From Fibrobacteria bacterium (GTDB lineage: Bacteria; Fibrobacterota; Fibrobacteria; UBA11236): a DNA stretch of 64,000 nucleotides. The stretch lies in assembly GCA_043745805.1 (NCBI GenBank), contig JAYTSD010000043.1:64001-128000 (forward strand). Reading direction: 5' to 3'. The notes under the pieces are model-generated. The model did not search any database. It was not told the origin of the DNA and saw nothing but the letters and a program-made list of their open reading frames with translations. Shown here piece after piece: positions 10,156-20,169 of the stretch. Within the stretch, counting starts at the first letter, position 1. Each line of letters begins with the position of its first letter. The position numbers were made by a program, and so were the translations under genes.

Positions 10156-10941
10156 TTGTATTTAGTAATTGATGTAGGCAATACGCATACGGTTATAGGT
10201 TTATTTGCAAAGCAAAGCATTCGTCACAATTGGCGTTTGGCTACGCGTAAAGAAACCACTATCGATGAGATACTTTGGTGGTTACAAGGTTTAATGTTAC
10301 CGGCGGCGGATAAAAAAGCTATTACTGGCATTGCTTATGCATCGGTAGCACCTTCGGTGGATAGCAGTTGGTTGCAGGCTTTGGAATCTTTTCTAGGGAT
10401 TAAGCCGCAAGTTTTAAATTATGCCAATTGTTGCGGATTGCATTTGGCTTATGAAGTGCCGCGCCAAATTGGTGCGGATAGACTTTGTAATGTACTAGGG
10501 GCGTATTCTCTAGGTTACCGCGAAGGCGTGATTATTGATTTAGGGACAGCCACCACTTTTGATGTATTTAGTGAATACACTTATTGGGGCGGTATTATTT
10601 GTCCAGGCATACATAGTTCCATGCAGGCTTTGGCGCGTAATGCTTCCAAATTGTTCGAAGTGGAATTGCATTGGCCCGCAACCGTAGTTGGCACGAATAC
10701 CGAAGATGCTTTACGTACCGGTTTATTACATGGCACGGTAGGGCAATTAGAATATTTATTAGAGCTTATTTTTGCAGAAAAAAAAATGCATAAGCCTATA
10801 GTGATTGCTACGGGTGGTTTAGCTTCTTTAGTAAAAGAAAAATCAAAAGCGATTCATCGCGTAGAGCCGGATCTGACCTTAATGGGATTGAATTATTTAT
10901 TGAGTCAAAATGACAGCAAAGCAAAAAGGAAAAAAGCATGA
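10156..10941 (+). CDS. coaX: type III pantothenate kinase
   Basis: [30 protein letters not shown] motifs; probable TTG start at 10156 (ORF-track start at 10012 overlaps nadC). Confidence 0.93.
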   Translation: MYLVIDVGNTHTVIGLFAKQSIRHNWRLATRKETTIDEILWWLQGLMLPAADKKAITGIAYASVAPSVDSSWLQALESFLGIKPQVLNYANCCGLHLAYEVPRQIGADRLCNVLGAYSLGYREGVIIDLGTATTFDVFSEYTYWGGIICPGIHSSMQALARNASKLFEVELHWPATVVGTNTEDALRTGLLHGTVGQLEYLLELIFAEKKMHKPIVIATGGLASLVKEKSKAIHRVEPDLTLMGLNYLLSQNDSKAKRKKA

Positions 10942-11873
10942 AAAGAATTTTAGTAACCGGCGGTGCAGGTTTTTTAGGCTCGCATCTTTGCGAAAAGTTA
11001 CTCAAACAAGGCAATGAAGTAATTTGTTTGGACAATTATTTTACGGGTTCTAAAAACAATATTGAACATTTGCGAGACTATTTTCATTTTGAAATTATTC
11101 GTCACGATGTCACGATGCCGATTTTTTTAGAAGCCGATCAAATTTACAATTTGGCTTGCCCCGCTTCTCCAATTCATTATCAATACAATGCGGTAAAAAC
11201 TATTAAGACCAGTGTTATGGGTGCTATTAACATGTTGGGTTTGGCGAAACGTGTGAAAGCTCGTATTCTCCAAGCTTCTACGAGTGAAGTTTATGGCGAT
11301 CCCGAACAACATCCGCAAAAAGAAAATTATTGGGGTCATGTCAATCCAATCGGTATTCGATCCTGTTACGATGAAGGCAAACGCGTTGCGGAAACATTGT
11401 TTTTTGATTATCAAAGACAAAATAATGTGGATATTCGCGTGATGCGCATATTCAATACTTATGGCCCTCGTATGCATCCCAATGATGGGCGTGTGGTTTC
11501 GAATTTTGTCATGCAAGCTTTGCAGGGCATTGACATTACGCTTTATGGTGATGGTTCACAAACGCGATCCTTCTGCTATGTTTCGGATTTATTAGAAGGC
11601 ATGGTGCGTTTAATGAATCATGAAAACTTTTCGGGACCGGTAAATATTGGCAATCCTAATGAATTTACCATTAAGCAATTAGCCGAGCAGGTAATTAAAT
11701 TGACCGGCAGCAAAAGTAAATTAGTGTTTAAACCTTTACCTAGCGATGATCCCAAACAACGCCGTCCCGACATTTCTTTAGCTCAAGAAAAATTGGGATG
11801 GAATCCTACGATCGAATTAGAAGAGGGTTTGAAAAAGACGATTGAATATTTTCGCGATCATTTACCCAAATAA
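10938..11873 (+). CDS. UDP-glucuronic acid decarboxylase (UDP-xylose synthase), SDR family
   Basis: [43 protein letters not shown]. Confidence 0.94.
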   Translation: MKRILVTGGAGFLGSHLCEKLLKQGNEVICLDNYFTGSKNNIEHLRDYFHFEIIRHDVTMPIFLEADQIYNLACPASPIHYQYNAVKTIKTSVMGAINMLGLAKRVKARILQASTSEVYGDPEQHPQKENYWGHVNPIGIRSCYDEGKRVAETLFFDYQRQNNVDIRVMRIFNTYGPRMHPNDGRVVSNFVMQALQGIDITLYGDGSQTRSFCYVSDLLEGMVRLMNHENFSGPVNIGNPNEFTIKQLAEQVIKLTGSKSKLVFKPLPSDDPKQRRPDISLAQEKLGWNPTIELEEGLKKTIEYFRDHLPK

Positions 11874-11913
11874 TTAGCTTATCTAAACTAATAGTCTGCA
11901 CTAATCTTATATA

Positions 11914-12723
11914 CTACTCATGCTTTTGCAGTAGTATATAAGTGGGCTTCCAAGTGGCATGAATTTTTCCGTTTTCGGAAAATAAGGCGGTATAGTCTTT
12001 TTGCAAAGCTTTCCATTTTTCTTTCGTTAACTTTTGCTTTTCCGAAACTGAACGTGATGTGCCCAAATTTTTTAAGCTATGTAAAAAATCGGCGACAGAA
12101 GGATAAAGTACTCGTTTTTCACACTCTTGATATTTGATGCAAGTATATCCAGCAAGCTCTGCGGTTTGTATAAAACTCTTTTGCGCATGGCCAATTAAGG
12201 GTTCATTCCATAATTTCAATTCAGTCATTACATGCTGTAATTCAGGAAAATGATCGGGTTGAAAATCCGAAACTAAATAAAATCCTTGGGGTCTAAGTAA
12301 GCGAGCAATCAATTGTAAATGTATTAATGGATTGGTAAACCATTGAATGAGCGCATTAGAAGTAGCGAGATCGAAAGACCGCTCAGGAAAAGCAAAATCG
12401 TTTTGCAAAGCATTTAGGGTGGGCTCTGGATTGGCATCCCAAATAGCAAATCGCCTATTCATTGATAAATGGGAATTAAACCGCTGCTCTGCAAGGGTCA
12501 GCATTTGCGGCGCAGCATCTGTAACTTGTATATTACTCTGCGGGAATTTATTGCTCAATAACTGTGTGTAATAACCTGTTCCACAACCACATTCAAAAAT
12601 ATTTTGGGGTTTAAATCCATTCGGTAATAAAGTGATTAAATCATGAGCCATTTTTCTTTGGGCTTGAGCATCTGCATCATAGGTTTCGGCAGCTCTATGA
12701 AATATTTTCACGCGTTCCTGCAT
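11914..12723 (-). CDS. bioC: malonyl-ACP O-methyltransferase
   Basis: SAM-binding ECGCGTG; FHRAAETYD N-terminus; SNALIQW; last gene of the bio operon. Confidence 0.85.
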   Translation of the reverse strand: MQERVKIFHRAAETYDADAQAQRKMAHDLITLLPNGFKPQNIFECGCGTGYYTQLLSNKFPQSNIQVTDAAPQMLTLAEQRFNSHLSMNRRFAIWDANPEPTLNALQNDFAFPERSFDLATSNALIQWFTNPLIHLQLIARLLRPQGFYLVSDFQPDHFPELQHVMTELKLWNEPLIGHAQKSFIQTAELAGYTCIKYQECEKRVLYPSVADFLHSLKNLGTSRSVSEKQKLTKEKWKALQKDYTALFSENGKIHATWKPTYILLQKHE

Positions 12724-13430
12724 TAAAAATGCTCATCCAAAAAGAATTCTCGAAACGTATCTGCATAAGAAAAAAAAGGTAAATGCCCTTGCGCTAAAAT
12801 TAAGGTATGCCAAGGATCATCCGAGAGGCTGTAAATAAAGGGCGAAATAGGATCGCTTCGCATCATTACAAAATAAATCTGCTTTGCCCAAGGTAATAAC
12901 TTTTCAGGGGCCGTTTTTTCGTCGGCTAAATACTTTAAACCGGTTTGCAAACTCACGATAGAATAGTTTTGTGATTGTTCTATCCATGTTCTTTCCATTT
13001 CAGAAAGTTTCGCTATTGGAACGGCTGTTTTTTCTTTTTGACTAAGTCGATTCCAAAAATCTTGCAGCACTTGAATTTTTTCTTCTTCAAGTTTTTTTTG
13101 CATTTTTTGTAAAATATTCGCAGACCAATTTTCTTGGGACTGAGTTGAGCAAAAATCAAAAATTGGACAAATAGAAAGTATCGGGTTTGATAAATTCCAA
13201 TTTCCTTGCATCATTTGTTTATGCATGAATAAAGAGCCTAGAGACCAAGCGGCGATTAAAGTATCGGCGGGTAATTCACTAATATTTGCGTAAAAAGATT
13301 TTGGATTTTCTATTAATGCATGTGTGTCTATAAAAAAATGTTTTTGCTGTGGATAAAGTAAAGAGAAATCTTTTTCCCAACACAATAAATTCGAGGCCCA
13401 ACCTCCTAGCCACAAAATATTTTTAATCAT
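12723..13430 (-). CDS. alpha/beta hydrolase, probable pimeloyl-ACP methyl ester esterase (BioH/BioG-like)
   Basis: GGWAS oxyanion region, AWSLG nucleophile elbow, DPI and GHLPF; between bioF and bioC. Confidence 0.75.
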   Translation of the reverse strand: MIKNILWLGGWASNLLCWEKDFSLLYPQQKHFFIDTHALIENPKSFYANISELPADTLIAAWSLGSLFMHKQMMQGNWNLSNPILSICPIFDFCSTQSQENWSANILQKMQKKLEEEKIQVLQDFWNRLSQKEKTAVPIAKLSEMERTWIEQSQNYSIVSLQTGLKYLADEKTAPEKLLPWAKQIYFVMMRSDPISPFIYSLSDDPWHTLILAQGHLPFFSYADTFREFFLDEHF

Positions 13431-14587
13431 ACGGAAGGATTAATTTCTTTTTGAATATCTACCAGTTTGTTTAATAATTGATCAACTTCTTCAAGGAGCC
13501 AATCACTGGTCCAATTAATGCGCAAACGCGCCGTGCCTCGGGCTACAGTAGGGTGACGGACAGGTACCGTATAATAACCACTCTGTTGCATTTTTTCAGC
13601 CGCTAGAATAGCCTTTTCATTGCTTCCCAAAATAATCGGGAAAATATGGCTTTGACTTAAGCCTTTGTTTAAGCCTAATTGTACGGCTTTTTGTAAAGCG
13701 TATGCAGAAACTTTTTTTAAACTTTCGAACCGTTCTGGTTCCTGATTAACCAAATCCAGAGCTGCTATATTCGCTCCTAAAACAGCAGGTGGTAAGCTGG
13801 TACTGAAAATAAACGGACGACTTTTGTTAATAAGAAAATCAATGATTTCGGGAGCAGCGCTCACATAGGCTCCAAAACTGCCGAAAGCTTTGCCAAAAGT
13901 ACCCATAAGAATAAGCTTTTCAGGAATATTTTTTATTAAATTATCTAAGAGGTTACCGTAACCTCCAGTAGAATGTGCCTCATCTACATAGAGATAAAAT
14001 CCAAATCTTTTTTGTAAAGCGATCAAGCTATTTAAATCGGCAAAATCACCATCCATGCTAAAAAGCGTTTCGCTGCACACTAAACTTTTTTCTGGATCTT
14101 TTTGTTTCAGCAATAACTTTTCCAAATGATTTAAATCGCCATGTCGATAACGTTCAAAAGGAATATCCAATAAACGTAAACCTTCTTGCAAGCTCGCATG
14201 ATTGGATTTGTCGCAGTATACGGTATTTAAAATTTGACCGAGTGCAGTAACAATTCCCATATTGGCCATATATCCGGTATTGAACAGTAAGGCCTTACCT
14301 AAAGGGCGATAAGCTTGGATTTTGTTTTCCAATTCCTCATGTAACATCGACGCGCCACCTAATAAACGCGCACCACCTGAGCCCAGGCCATATTTTTCTA
14401 TCGCCACTTGTGCAGCTTGTTTAAGTTTAGGATGTGTTGCCAAGCCCAAATAATTATTCGAGCATAAATTCAACATTCGCTTGCCATGCACATGAATCAC
14501 TTTTTCACAAGGCCCTTCCACCGTATTAATTTGGCGTAAAAGTCCTTCAGATTTTAAAGTGGATAAAGCATCTTGGAAAATATTCAT
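13427..14587 (-). CDS. bioF: 8-amino-7-oxononanoate synthase
   Basis: SNNYLGL, FNTGYMAN, FSMDGD, DEAH, GTFGKAFG (PLP lysine), FIFSTSLPP. Confidence 0.93.
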   Translation of the reverse strand: MNIFQDALSTLKSEGLLRQINTVEGPCEKVIHVHGKRMLNLCSNNYLGLATHPKLKQAAQVAIEKYGLGSGGARLLGGASMLHEELENKIQAYRPLGKALLFNTGYMANMGIVTALGQILNTVYCDKSNHASLQEGLRLLDIPFERYRHGDLNHLEKLLLKQKDPEKSLVCSETLFSMDGDFADLNSLIALQKRFGFYLYVDEAHSTGGYGNLLDNLIKNIPEKLILMGTFGKAFGSFGAYVSAAPEIIDFLINKSRPFIFSTSLPPAVLGANIAALDLVNQEPERFESLKKVSAYALQKAVQLGLNKGLSQSHIFPIILGSNEKAILAAEKMQQSGYYTVPVRHPTVARGTARLRINWTSDWLLEEVDQLLNKLVDIQKEINPSV

Positions 14588-15282
14588 GCAGGATTTTTAT
14601 CCCACCAAGTTGCAAGTGAAGACGATAGTGGAGCTAATAAAAGCGCCTGATTGTTTTCGCTTAATGGTTCGCTAAAATCATGGTTTAAGAAAGGTAAACT
14701 TCCCCAAAAAGGCCATTGAGTTAAGGTTTCCAACGTTTCTGCATTATCCTTTTCCAATGGTGAATTTATGGCCTCCGTTCGCGAAAAAATAAAACCGCTC
14801 ACTTGTGCCTTTTTTTCTTGAACATAAGCTTGTGCGGTTAGAGTATGGCTCAATGTACCCAAACTCGGCGCAGCAACGACTAATACTGGTAGCTTTAATG
14901 TTACGGAAAAATCCATTGCCGAATAACCTTGACGATTCCAAGGTACCGCCACGCCGCCCGCAGTTTCGACAATTAGTAAATCATATTCGGATTTTAATTG
15001 CAGATAAATTTCTTGTAAATGGGATGGCACCATAACCTGATTTTCTGCTTCAGCGGCCAAATGTGGAGAGGCGGGCATTGCAAAGGTATAACCGGAATGC
15101 GTTTCTACCTTAGGACAGGCTAGGGAAATTAAATGGGCATCCGTGATTTCTAAACCACATTGAACGGGTTTAAAATAGCCTGTTTTCAACCCTTTTTTTT
15201 GTCCCCATAAACAAATAGCCAAACTGACCATGGTCTTTCCAATGCTGGTTCCCGTTCCCGAGATAAGTAAACTTCGATTCAT
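14584..15282 (-). CDS. bioD: dethiobiotin synthase
   Basis: GTGTSIGKT P-loop, KPVQCG, SPHLAA, VETAGG, LGTLSHT. Confidence 0.94.
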   Translation of the reverse strand: MNRSLLISGTGTSIGKTMVSLAICLWGQKKGLKTGYFKPVQCGLEITDAHLISLACPKVETHSGYTFAMPASPHLAAEAENQVMVPSHLQEIYLQLKSEYDLLIVETAGGVAVPWNRQGYSAMDFSVTLKLPVLVVAAPSLGTLSHTLTAQAYVQEKKAQVSGFIFSRTEAINSPLEKDNAETLETLTQWPFWGSLPFLNHDFSEPLSENNQALLLAPLSSSLATWWDKNPA

Positions 15283-15357
15283 CTTTTTCCTTGTTGGGGA
15301 AATTTATTAATAACCTTTGCAATATAGGCTATTCAGCCCTAATGTGGGTTCCAGTGT

Positions 15358-15386
15358 TTGACAAAGCCATCTAGGCGACTTAGTTT
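15358..15386 (+). promoter_or_regulatory. sigma70-type promoter of tRNA-Val
   Basis: TTGACA-17 nt-TAGTTT, 30 bp upstream of the tRNA. Confidence 0.65.
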
Positions 15387-15416
15387 TACGGGCCAATATT
15401 TTTACGGTTTTTAACC

Positions 15417-15490
15417 GGACGATTAGCTCAGTTGGTTAGAGTATTACCTTGACATGGTAGGGGTCACTGGTTCAAATCCAGTATCGTCCA
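15417..15490 (+). tRNA. tRNA-Val(GAC)
   Basis: GGACGATTAGCTCAGTTGGTTAGAG...CTTGACAT...GGTTCAAATCC...ATCGTCCA cloverleaf; no encoded CCA. Confidence 0.96.
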
Positions 15491-15584
15491 GTTTTTTAGG
15501 CTTCTTTTTTAGGCAAATACCGCTTTGCAACCCCATTTTAATTTGCCATGCGGCCTCTCAAAGGCTTGAATCATATCCTCCCTT

Positions 15585-15613
15585 TTGACAAGCTGCGGGG
15601 AATTAGGTAAAGT
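15585..15613 (+). promoter_or_regulatory. sigma70-type promoter of the thrS operon
   Basis: TTGACA-17 nt-TAAAGT about 115 bp upstream of thrS. Confidence 0.65.
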
Positions 15614-15729
15614 TTCCCCCCAAATATGGCGAGGAAGCCGATTTTCTTTTTCACTTGAAGTGTTCGAGCGATTTAAAATCCTTTCATTCGTCTCAAGTTC
15701 ATGGCTCAACAAAGCAGGAATTGTAAGGT

Positions 15730-17649
15730 TTGTCACAGATTAATATTACTTTACCCGATCAAAAGCAACTGCAAGCAGAAGCGGGTACTACCCTTTTAGA
15801 AGTGATTCAACAAATCGGAGCAGGTTTAGCACGCGCCGCTATTGCTGCGGAGTATAATGGCAAGCTTTTAGATTTGTCCGGTACCATTCATGAGGATGGT
15901 AACCTGAAAGTGATTACTGCCAAAAGCCCAGAAGCTTTAGAAATTGTTCGTCATTCTACGGCGCATTTAATGGCTATGGCGGTGACGCAACTTTTTCCGA
16001 GTACCTTGTTAACTATTGGTCCGGTTATTAGTACCGGTTTTTATTATGACTATGCTAGCGAGCATAAATTTTCGCCCGATGATTTTGAAGCGATAGAAAA
16101 ACGTATGCAAGAATTGGCTCTGGAAAACTTTCCGGTTACCCGTTCCGAAAAAACGCGTTTGGACGCGATTAAATATTTTCAAGATCCTGCGCATGCAGAA
16201 CCTTATAAAGTGGAAATGATGCAAGAGTGGACGGATGAAACCGTTAGCTTTTATCAACAAGGATCGTTCACCGATTTATGTCGTGGTCCGCATGTTCCTT
16301 CTACGGGCAAGCTGGGACATTTTAAATTACTCTCGGTGGCAGGTGCATACTGGCGTGGCGACGAAAAACGTCCGATGTTACAACGTATTTATGCTACCGC
16401 GTTTTTAACTAAAGAAGAATTAGCAGCTCATCTTTTTCAGCAAGAAGAAGCTAAGAAACGCGACCATCGCAAACTGGGAAAAGAGCTCGATTATTTTCAT
16501 ATGGATGAAGGTTCGCCGGGTATGATTTTTTGGCATGATCGTGGCTGGAAGCTTTATTCACGATTAACGGATTATATTCGCCAGAAGTTACGCTTCAGTG
16601 GTTATCAAGAAGTACGGACTCCAGAAATTGTCGATATTAATCTCTATGCAAAATCTGGACATGTTACCAATTATACCGAGAACATGTTTTTCACGGAAAG
16701 CGAAAATCATAAATATGTGATCAAGCCGATGAATTGCCCCTGTCATGTGGAAATATTCAAACAAGGCACAAAATCTTTTCGCGACTTACCTATTCGCATC
16801 GCCGAATTTGGAAAATGTCATCGTAATGAATTAGCTGGCGTGATGCACGGCCTCATGCGCGTACGTGGTTTTACGCAAGATGATGCGCATATTTTTTGTA
16901 CGGAAGAACAGGCAACCTCGGAGATACGTAACTTCTGTGCGCTATTAAAAGAAGTGTATTTGGATTTTGGTTTTAGCGATATTATTGTAAAGCTTTCTAC
17001 GCGTCCAGAAAAAAGAGTGGGTAGTGATGAAGCTTGGGACAAAGCCGAAGGCGCTTTAGCTGATTCCTGTAAGCTTTCGAATATTCCTTTTGAATATAAT
17101 CCTGGCGAAGGCGCTTTTTATGGGCCGAAACTGGAATTCACTTTAAAGGATTCATTAGGTCGTCATTGGCAATGTGGTACTATTCAATTCGATCCTACTC
17201 TACCTGTGCTTTTAGGCGCTGATTATATTGGCTCAGATTCAGCAAAGCATCCTCCAATAATGTTACATCGCGCTATTTTTGGATCGCTAGAACGCTTTAT
17301 TGGAATATTGATTGAAAATTATGCTGGCGATTTACCGCTTTGGCTCAACCCTCAACAAATTCGCATTCTTCCGGTTTCGGAAAAATTTTTAGATCATGCA
17401 CGAAAAGTGAATGATTTCTTTTTATCCGCCGATATTTACAGCGAAATCGATGGGCGTAATGAGAAAATCGGGTATAAAATTCGTGAGGGTGAACAAGATA
17501 AGGTGCCTTATCTGATTATTCTGGGTGAAAAAGAGTTAAATGCTGGTAAAATTAGTTTACGAAAACGAAAAATCGGCGATTTAGGGACTTTAACCTTAGA
17601 CGAAGCCTTAGAAAAATTTAAATTGGAAATTTCCTCCAAAGGCAATTAA
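15730..17649 (+). CDS. thrS: threonine--tRNA ligase
   Basis: TGS N-terminus, DLCRGPH editing motif, RDHRKLG, KPMNCP, RVRGFTQDDAH, FYGPK. Confidence 0.98.
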   Translation: MSQINITLPDQKQLQAEAGTTLLEVIQQIGAGLARAAIAAEYNGKLLDLSGTIHEDGNLKVITAKSPEALEIVRHSTAHLMAMAVTQLFPSTLLTIGPVISTGFYYDYASEHKFSPDDFEAIEKRMQELALENFPVTRSEKTRLDAIKYFQDPAHAEPYKVEMMQEWTDETVSFYQQGSFTDLCRGPHVPSTGKLGHFKLLSVAGAYWRGDEKRPMLQRIYATAFLTKEELAAHLFQQEEAKKRDHRKLGKELDYFHMDEGSPGMIFWHDRGWKLYSRLTDYIRQKLRFSGYQEVRTPEIVDINLYAKSGHVTNYTENMFFTESENHKYVIKPMNCPCHVEIFKQGTKSFRDLPIRIAEFGKCHRNELAGVMHGLMRVRGFTQDDAHIFCTEEQATSEIRNFCALLKEVYLDFGFSDIIVKLSTRPEKRVGSDEAWDKAEGALADSCKLSNIPFEYNPGEGAFYGPKLEFTLKDSLGRHWQCGTIQFDPTLPVLLGADYIGSDSAKHPPIMLHRAIFGSLERFIGILIENYAGDLPLWLNPQQIRILPVSEKFLDHARKVNDFFLSADIYSEIDGRNEKIGYKIREGEQDKVPYLIILGEKELNAGKISLRKRKIGDLGTLTLDEALEKFKLEISSKGN

Positions 17650-17675
17650 GCCAACGGAAGCGGAAAGAGGTAAGA

Positions 17676-18317
17676 TTGCAAAGAAGACCGTTTGTTCCAC
17701 CCGCCAAGGATAATCTCAATATCCGCATTAATGAAATGATCCGCGTGCGCGAAGTACGCGTTATCGATCATGATGGCAAGCAATTGGGCGTTTTGCCTGT
17801 TCCGGTTGCAATTGAAAAGGCCAAAGAGCGGCTCTTAGATTTGGTAGAGGTGTCTCCAACGGCAGCTCCGCCGGTATGTCGTATCATGGATTATGGAAAA
17901 TACAAATACGAGATTTCCAAGAAAGCCAAAGCTTCTAAAGCCAAGCAGCATGTGATTAAGGTGAAAGAAATAAAATTTCATCCCAAAACCGGAGAAAATG
18001 ACTATAATTACCGCCTTACCCAGGCAAAAGAGTTCCTGGAAAAAGGCTTTAAAGTCAAAGCTACCGTAGTTTTTCGTGGTCGTGAAATGGCCCATATGGA
18101 ATACGGTTCGCGTTGGCTAGTTAAAATGGGCACAGATTTGGAAGGCTTCGGCGTCGCTGAAACTTCTTCACAAGTCGAAGGCCGTAACATGACACTTATT
18201 TTTGGACCTTCAAAGCATAATGCGGCTCCAAAAATAAAGAAGCCTGCAACGTCTGAAGGCGCGGTAATAGCCGCTCCCAAAGAGGCGGAGCCAGAAAAAA
18301 AGACGGTTGAGAATTAG
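17676..18317 (+). CDS. infC: translation initiation factor IF-3
   Basis: RINEMIR, LDLVEV, PPVCRIMDYGKYKYE, FRGRE; non-ATG (TTG) start after a GAGG SD. Confidence 0.97.
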   Translation: MQRRPFVPPAKDNLNIRINEMIRVREVRVIDHDGKQLGVLPVPVAIEKAKERLLDLVEVSPTAAPPVCRIMDYGKYKYEISKKAKASKAKQHVIKVKEIKFHPKTGENDYNYRLTQAKEFLEKGFKVKATVVFRGREMAHMEYGSRWLVKMGTDLEGFGVAETSSQVEGRNMTLIFGPSKHNAAPKIKKPATSEGAVIAAPKEAEPEKKTVEN

Positions 18318-18332
18318 CATGAGGAGTATATA

Positions 18333-18530
18333 GTGCCTAAGATGAAAACCCATAGTGGAGCGAAGAAACGTTTCAAGCTCACGGCTAGTGGAAAAGTGAA
18401 AAAAGAATCGACTAATCGAAATCATATTCGAGCTAAAAAAGATGCTCAACGTAAGAGAAGATTAGGTAAAGCAAGTTACGTGTCCGAAGTCGATGCACCA
18501 CGTATTAAACGTTTGCTGATTAAAGCCTAA
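18333..18530 (+). CDS. rpmI: 50S ribosomal protein L35
   Basis: MPKMKTHSGAKKRFKLTASGK; conserved infC-rpmI-rplT order. Confidence 0.97.
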   Translation: MPKMKTHSGAKKRFKLTASGKVKKESTNRNHIRAKKDAQRKRRLGKASYVSEVDAPRIKRLLIKA

Positions 18531-18552
18531 GTAGAAATAATAGGAGAGAGAA

Positions 18553-18903
18553 ATGCCCAGAGCAACACACCGGGTCCCTTCGCGGACTCGTAGAAAAAAA
18601 GTTCTTAAAGCCGCCAAAGGTTTTTATGGCCGTAGAAAATCCAATCTTAAGATTGCGAAAGAAGCCGTAGATAAAGCACGTACATTTGCATATACCCATC
18701 GTAAAGACAAAAAAGTGGCTTTCCGCTCTTTGTGGTTGGTGCGTATTAATGCTGCCGCCCGTTTATGCGGAATGAGTTACTCTCGTTTGATCGCTGGTTT
18801 GAAGAAAGCGAATATCGCCTTGGATCGTAAAATCCTCGCCGACCTTGCTGTATCCGATGCCGCTGCTTTCGAACAAGTAGTTAATTTAGCCAAAGCGGCT
18901 TAA
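18553..18903 (+). CDS. rplT: 50S ribosomal protein L20
   Basis: [29 protein letters not shown]. Confidence 0.97.
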   Translation: MPRATHRVPSRTRRKKVLKAAKGFYGRRKSNLKIAKEAVDKARTFAYTHRKDKKVAFRSLWLVRINAAARLCGMSYSRLIAGLKKANIALDRKILADLAVSDAAAFEQVVNLAKAA

Positions 18904-18960
18904 TAACAAAATTTTGCCTGCCGATAATTCGGTGAGTCAATTTTGCTAAAGGTGAAAATT

Positions 18961-18990
18961 AAGGGTGCCCTATCGGGTGCCCTTTTTGTT
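18961..18990 (+). terminator. intrinsic terminator after rplT
   Basis: AAGGGTGCCC-TATC-GGGTGCCCTT stem (two G-U pairs) running into a T tract. Confidence 0.75.
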
Positions 18991-19117
18991 GTGAGTTGTG
19001 GTTAGAATCCCCATCTTGAAAACAGACCCCCTTTTTCCTTCTATCTTTCATCTGCATATTTCAATTCCACACTAATTCAAGTAACTTTGAAAAAAATTAA
19101 CTGAGGCTAGGGCTAAT

Positions 19118-20140
19118 ATGTCTTCACTCGATCAAATCAAAACCCAATTAGAAGCTGAGCTTGCGGCCTTGCAAGAAACGCGCAGTCTCGAAACTTTATT
19201 GGCGATGAAAAATAAGTATCTCGGTAAAAAAGGCAATATTTATAGCATGCTTCGGCAAATGGGAAGTCTTCCTGCGGAAGAACGTCCTGAATTTGGCAAA
19301 CAGGTAAACTTATTGCGTGATTTGGCTGAGGAGCGTTTTAGTTTTTGGCAGCAAGAATTAGAAGCGGAAGCCATTGTTAAAAGTTTGCAAGCCTCCACCT
19401 TGGATGCCACCTTGCCAGGTTTGCGTATTCCGGCAGGTAACCTGCACCCTCTCAACCGTTTGCGCGAAGAAATTTTGGATTTCTTTGTAGCCCTCGGTTT
19501 TGAAATTGGCACGGGACCGGAAGTGGATACGGATTGGTATAATTTTGAAGCTTTAAATATCCCACAACATCACAGTGCCCGTGACATGCATGATACTTTT
19601 TATGTAGACGAAAAAGTGGTGTTGCGCACGCATACTTCTAATGTGCAAGTGCATATGATGGAAAATCAAAAACCACCGATTCGTATGATTGCACCCGGCC
19701 ATGTTTATCGCGTGGATAATGATGCCACACATTCGCCTATGTTCCAGCAAGTAGAAGGCTTAGTAGTGGACGACGGTATTTCTTTTGCCGATTTAAAAGG
19801 CACTATTTATTTATGGGTTAAGCATATGTTTGGCAGCAATGTAAAGCTGCGCTTTCGCCCTAGCTATTTTCCTTTTACCGAACCTTCTGCGGAAATGGAT
19901 ATTTCCTGTTTTGCTTGCGCGGGTAAAGGCTGTCGCATTTGTAAAAAAACCGGCTGGATTGAAATTGGCGGTTGCGGTTGTGTTCATCCTAATGTGTTCA
20001 AAAATGTGGGCTGGGATGCAGAGAAGTTTACGGGCTTTGCCTTTGGTTTTGGCATTGATAGAATTGCCATGCTCAAATATGGCATACCGGATATCAGTTA
20101 TTTAACGCGTAATGACAATCGCTTTTTAAAACAGTTTTAA
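19118..20140 (+). CDS. pheS: phenylalanine--tRNA ligase alpha subunit
   Basis: NFEALN, HSARDMHDTF, LRTHTS, RPSYFPFTEPS, GFAFGFGIDR. Confidence 0.98.
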   Translation: MSSLDQIKTQLEAELAALQETRSLETLLAMKNKYLGKKGNIYSMLRQMGSLPAEERPEFGKQVNLLRDLAEERFSFWQQELEAEAIVKSLQASTLDATLPGLRIPAGNLHPLNRLREEILDFFVALGFEIGTGPEVDTDWYNFEALNIPQHHSARDMHDTFYVDEKVVLRTHTSNVQVHMMENQKPPIRMIAPGHVYRVDNDATHSPMFQQVEGLVVDDGISFADLKGTIYLWVKHMFGSNVKLRFRPSYFPFTEPSAEMDISCFACAGKGCRICKKTGWIEIGGCGCVHPNVFKNVGWDAEKFTGFAFGFGIDRIAMLKYGIPDISYLTRNDNRFLKQF

Positions 20141-20169
20141 CGTAACCTTAAAGTTACTGAGTTCAAATT

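Noticed and set aside
15283..15357. BirA operator upstream of bioD
   Set aside because: No TGTAAACC-N14-17-GGTTTACA-like palindrome
15614..15729. tRNA-Thr-mimic operator in the thrS leader
   Set aside because: Some pairing (ACTTGA/TCAAGT), but no convincing stem presenting an xGU anticodon-like loop
18904..19117. T-box or attenuator upstream of pheS
   Set aside because: AAGGGTG is part of a simple terminator hairpin; no GGTGGNACC T-box motif or Phe-rich leader peptide
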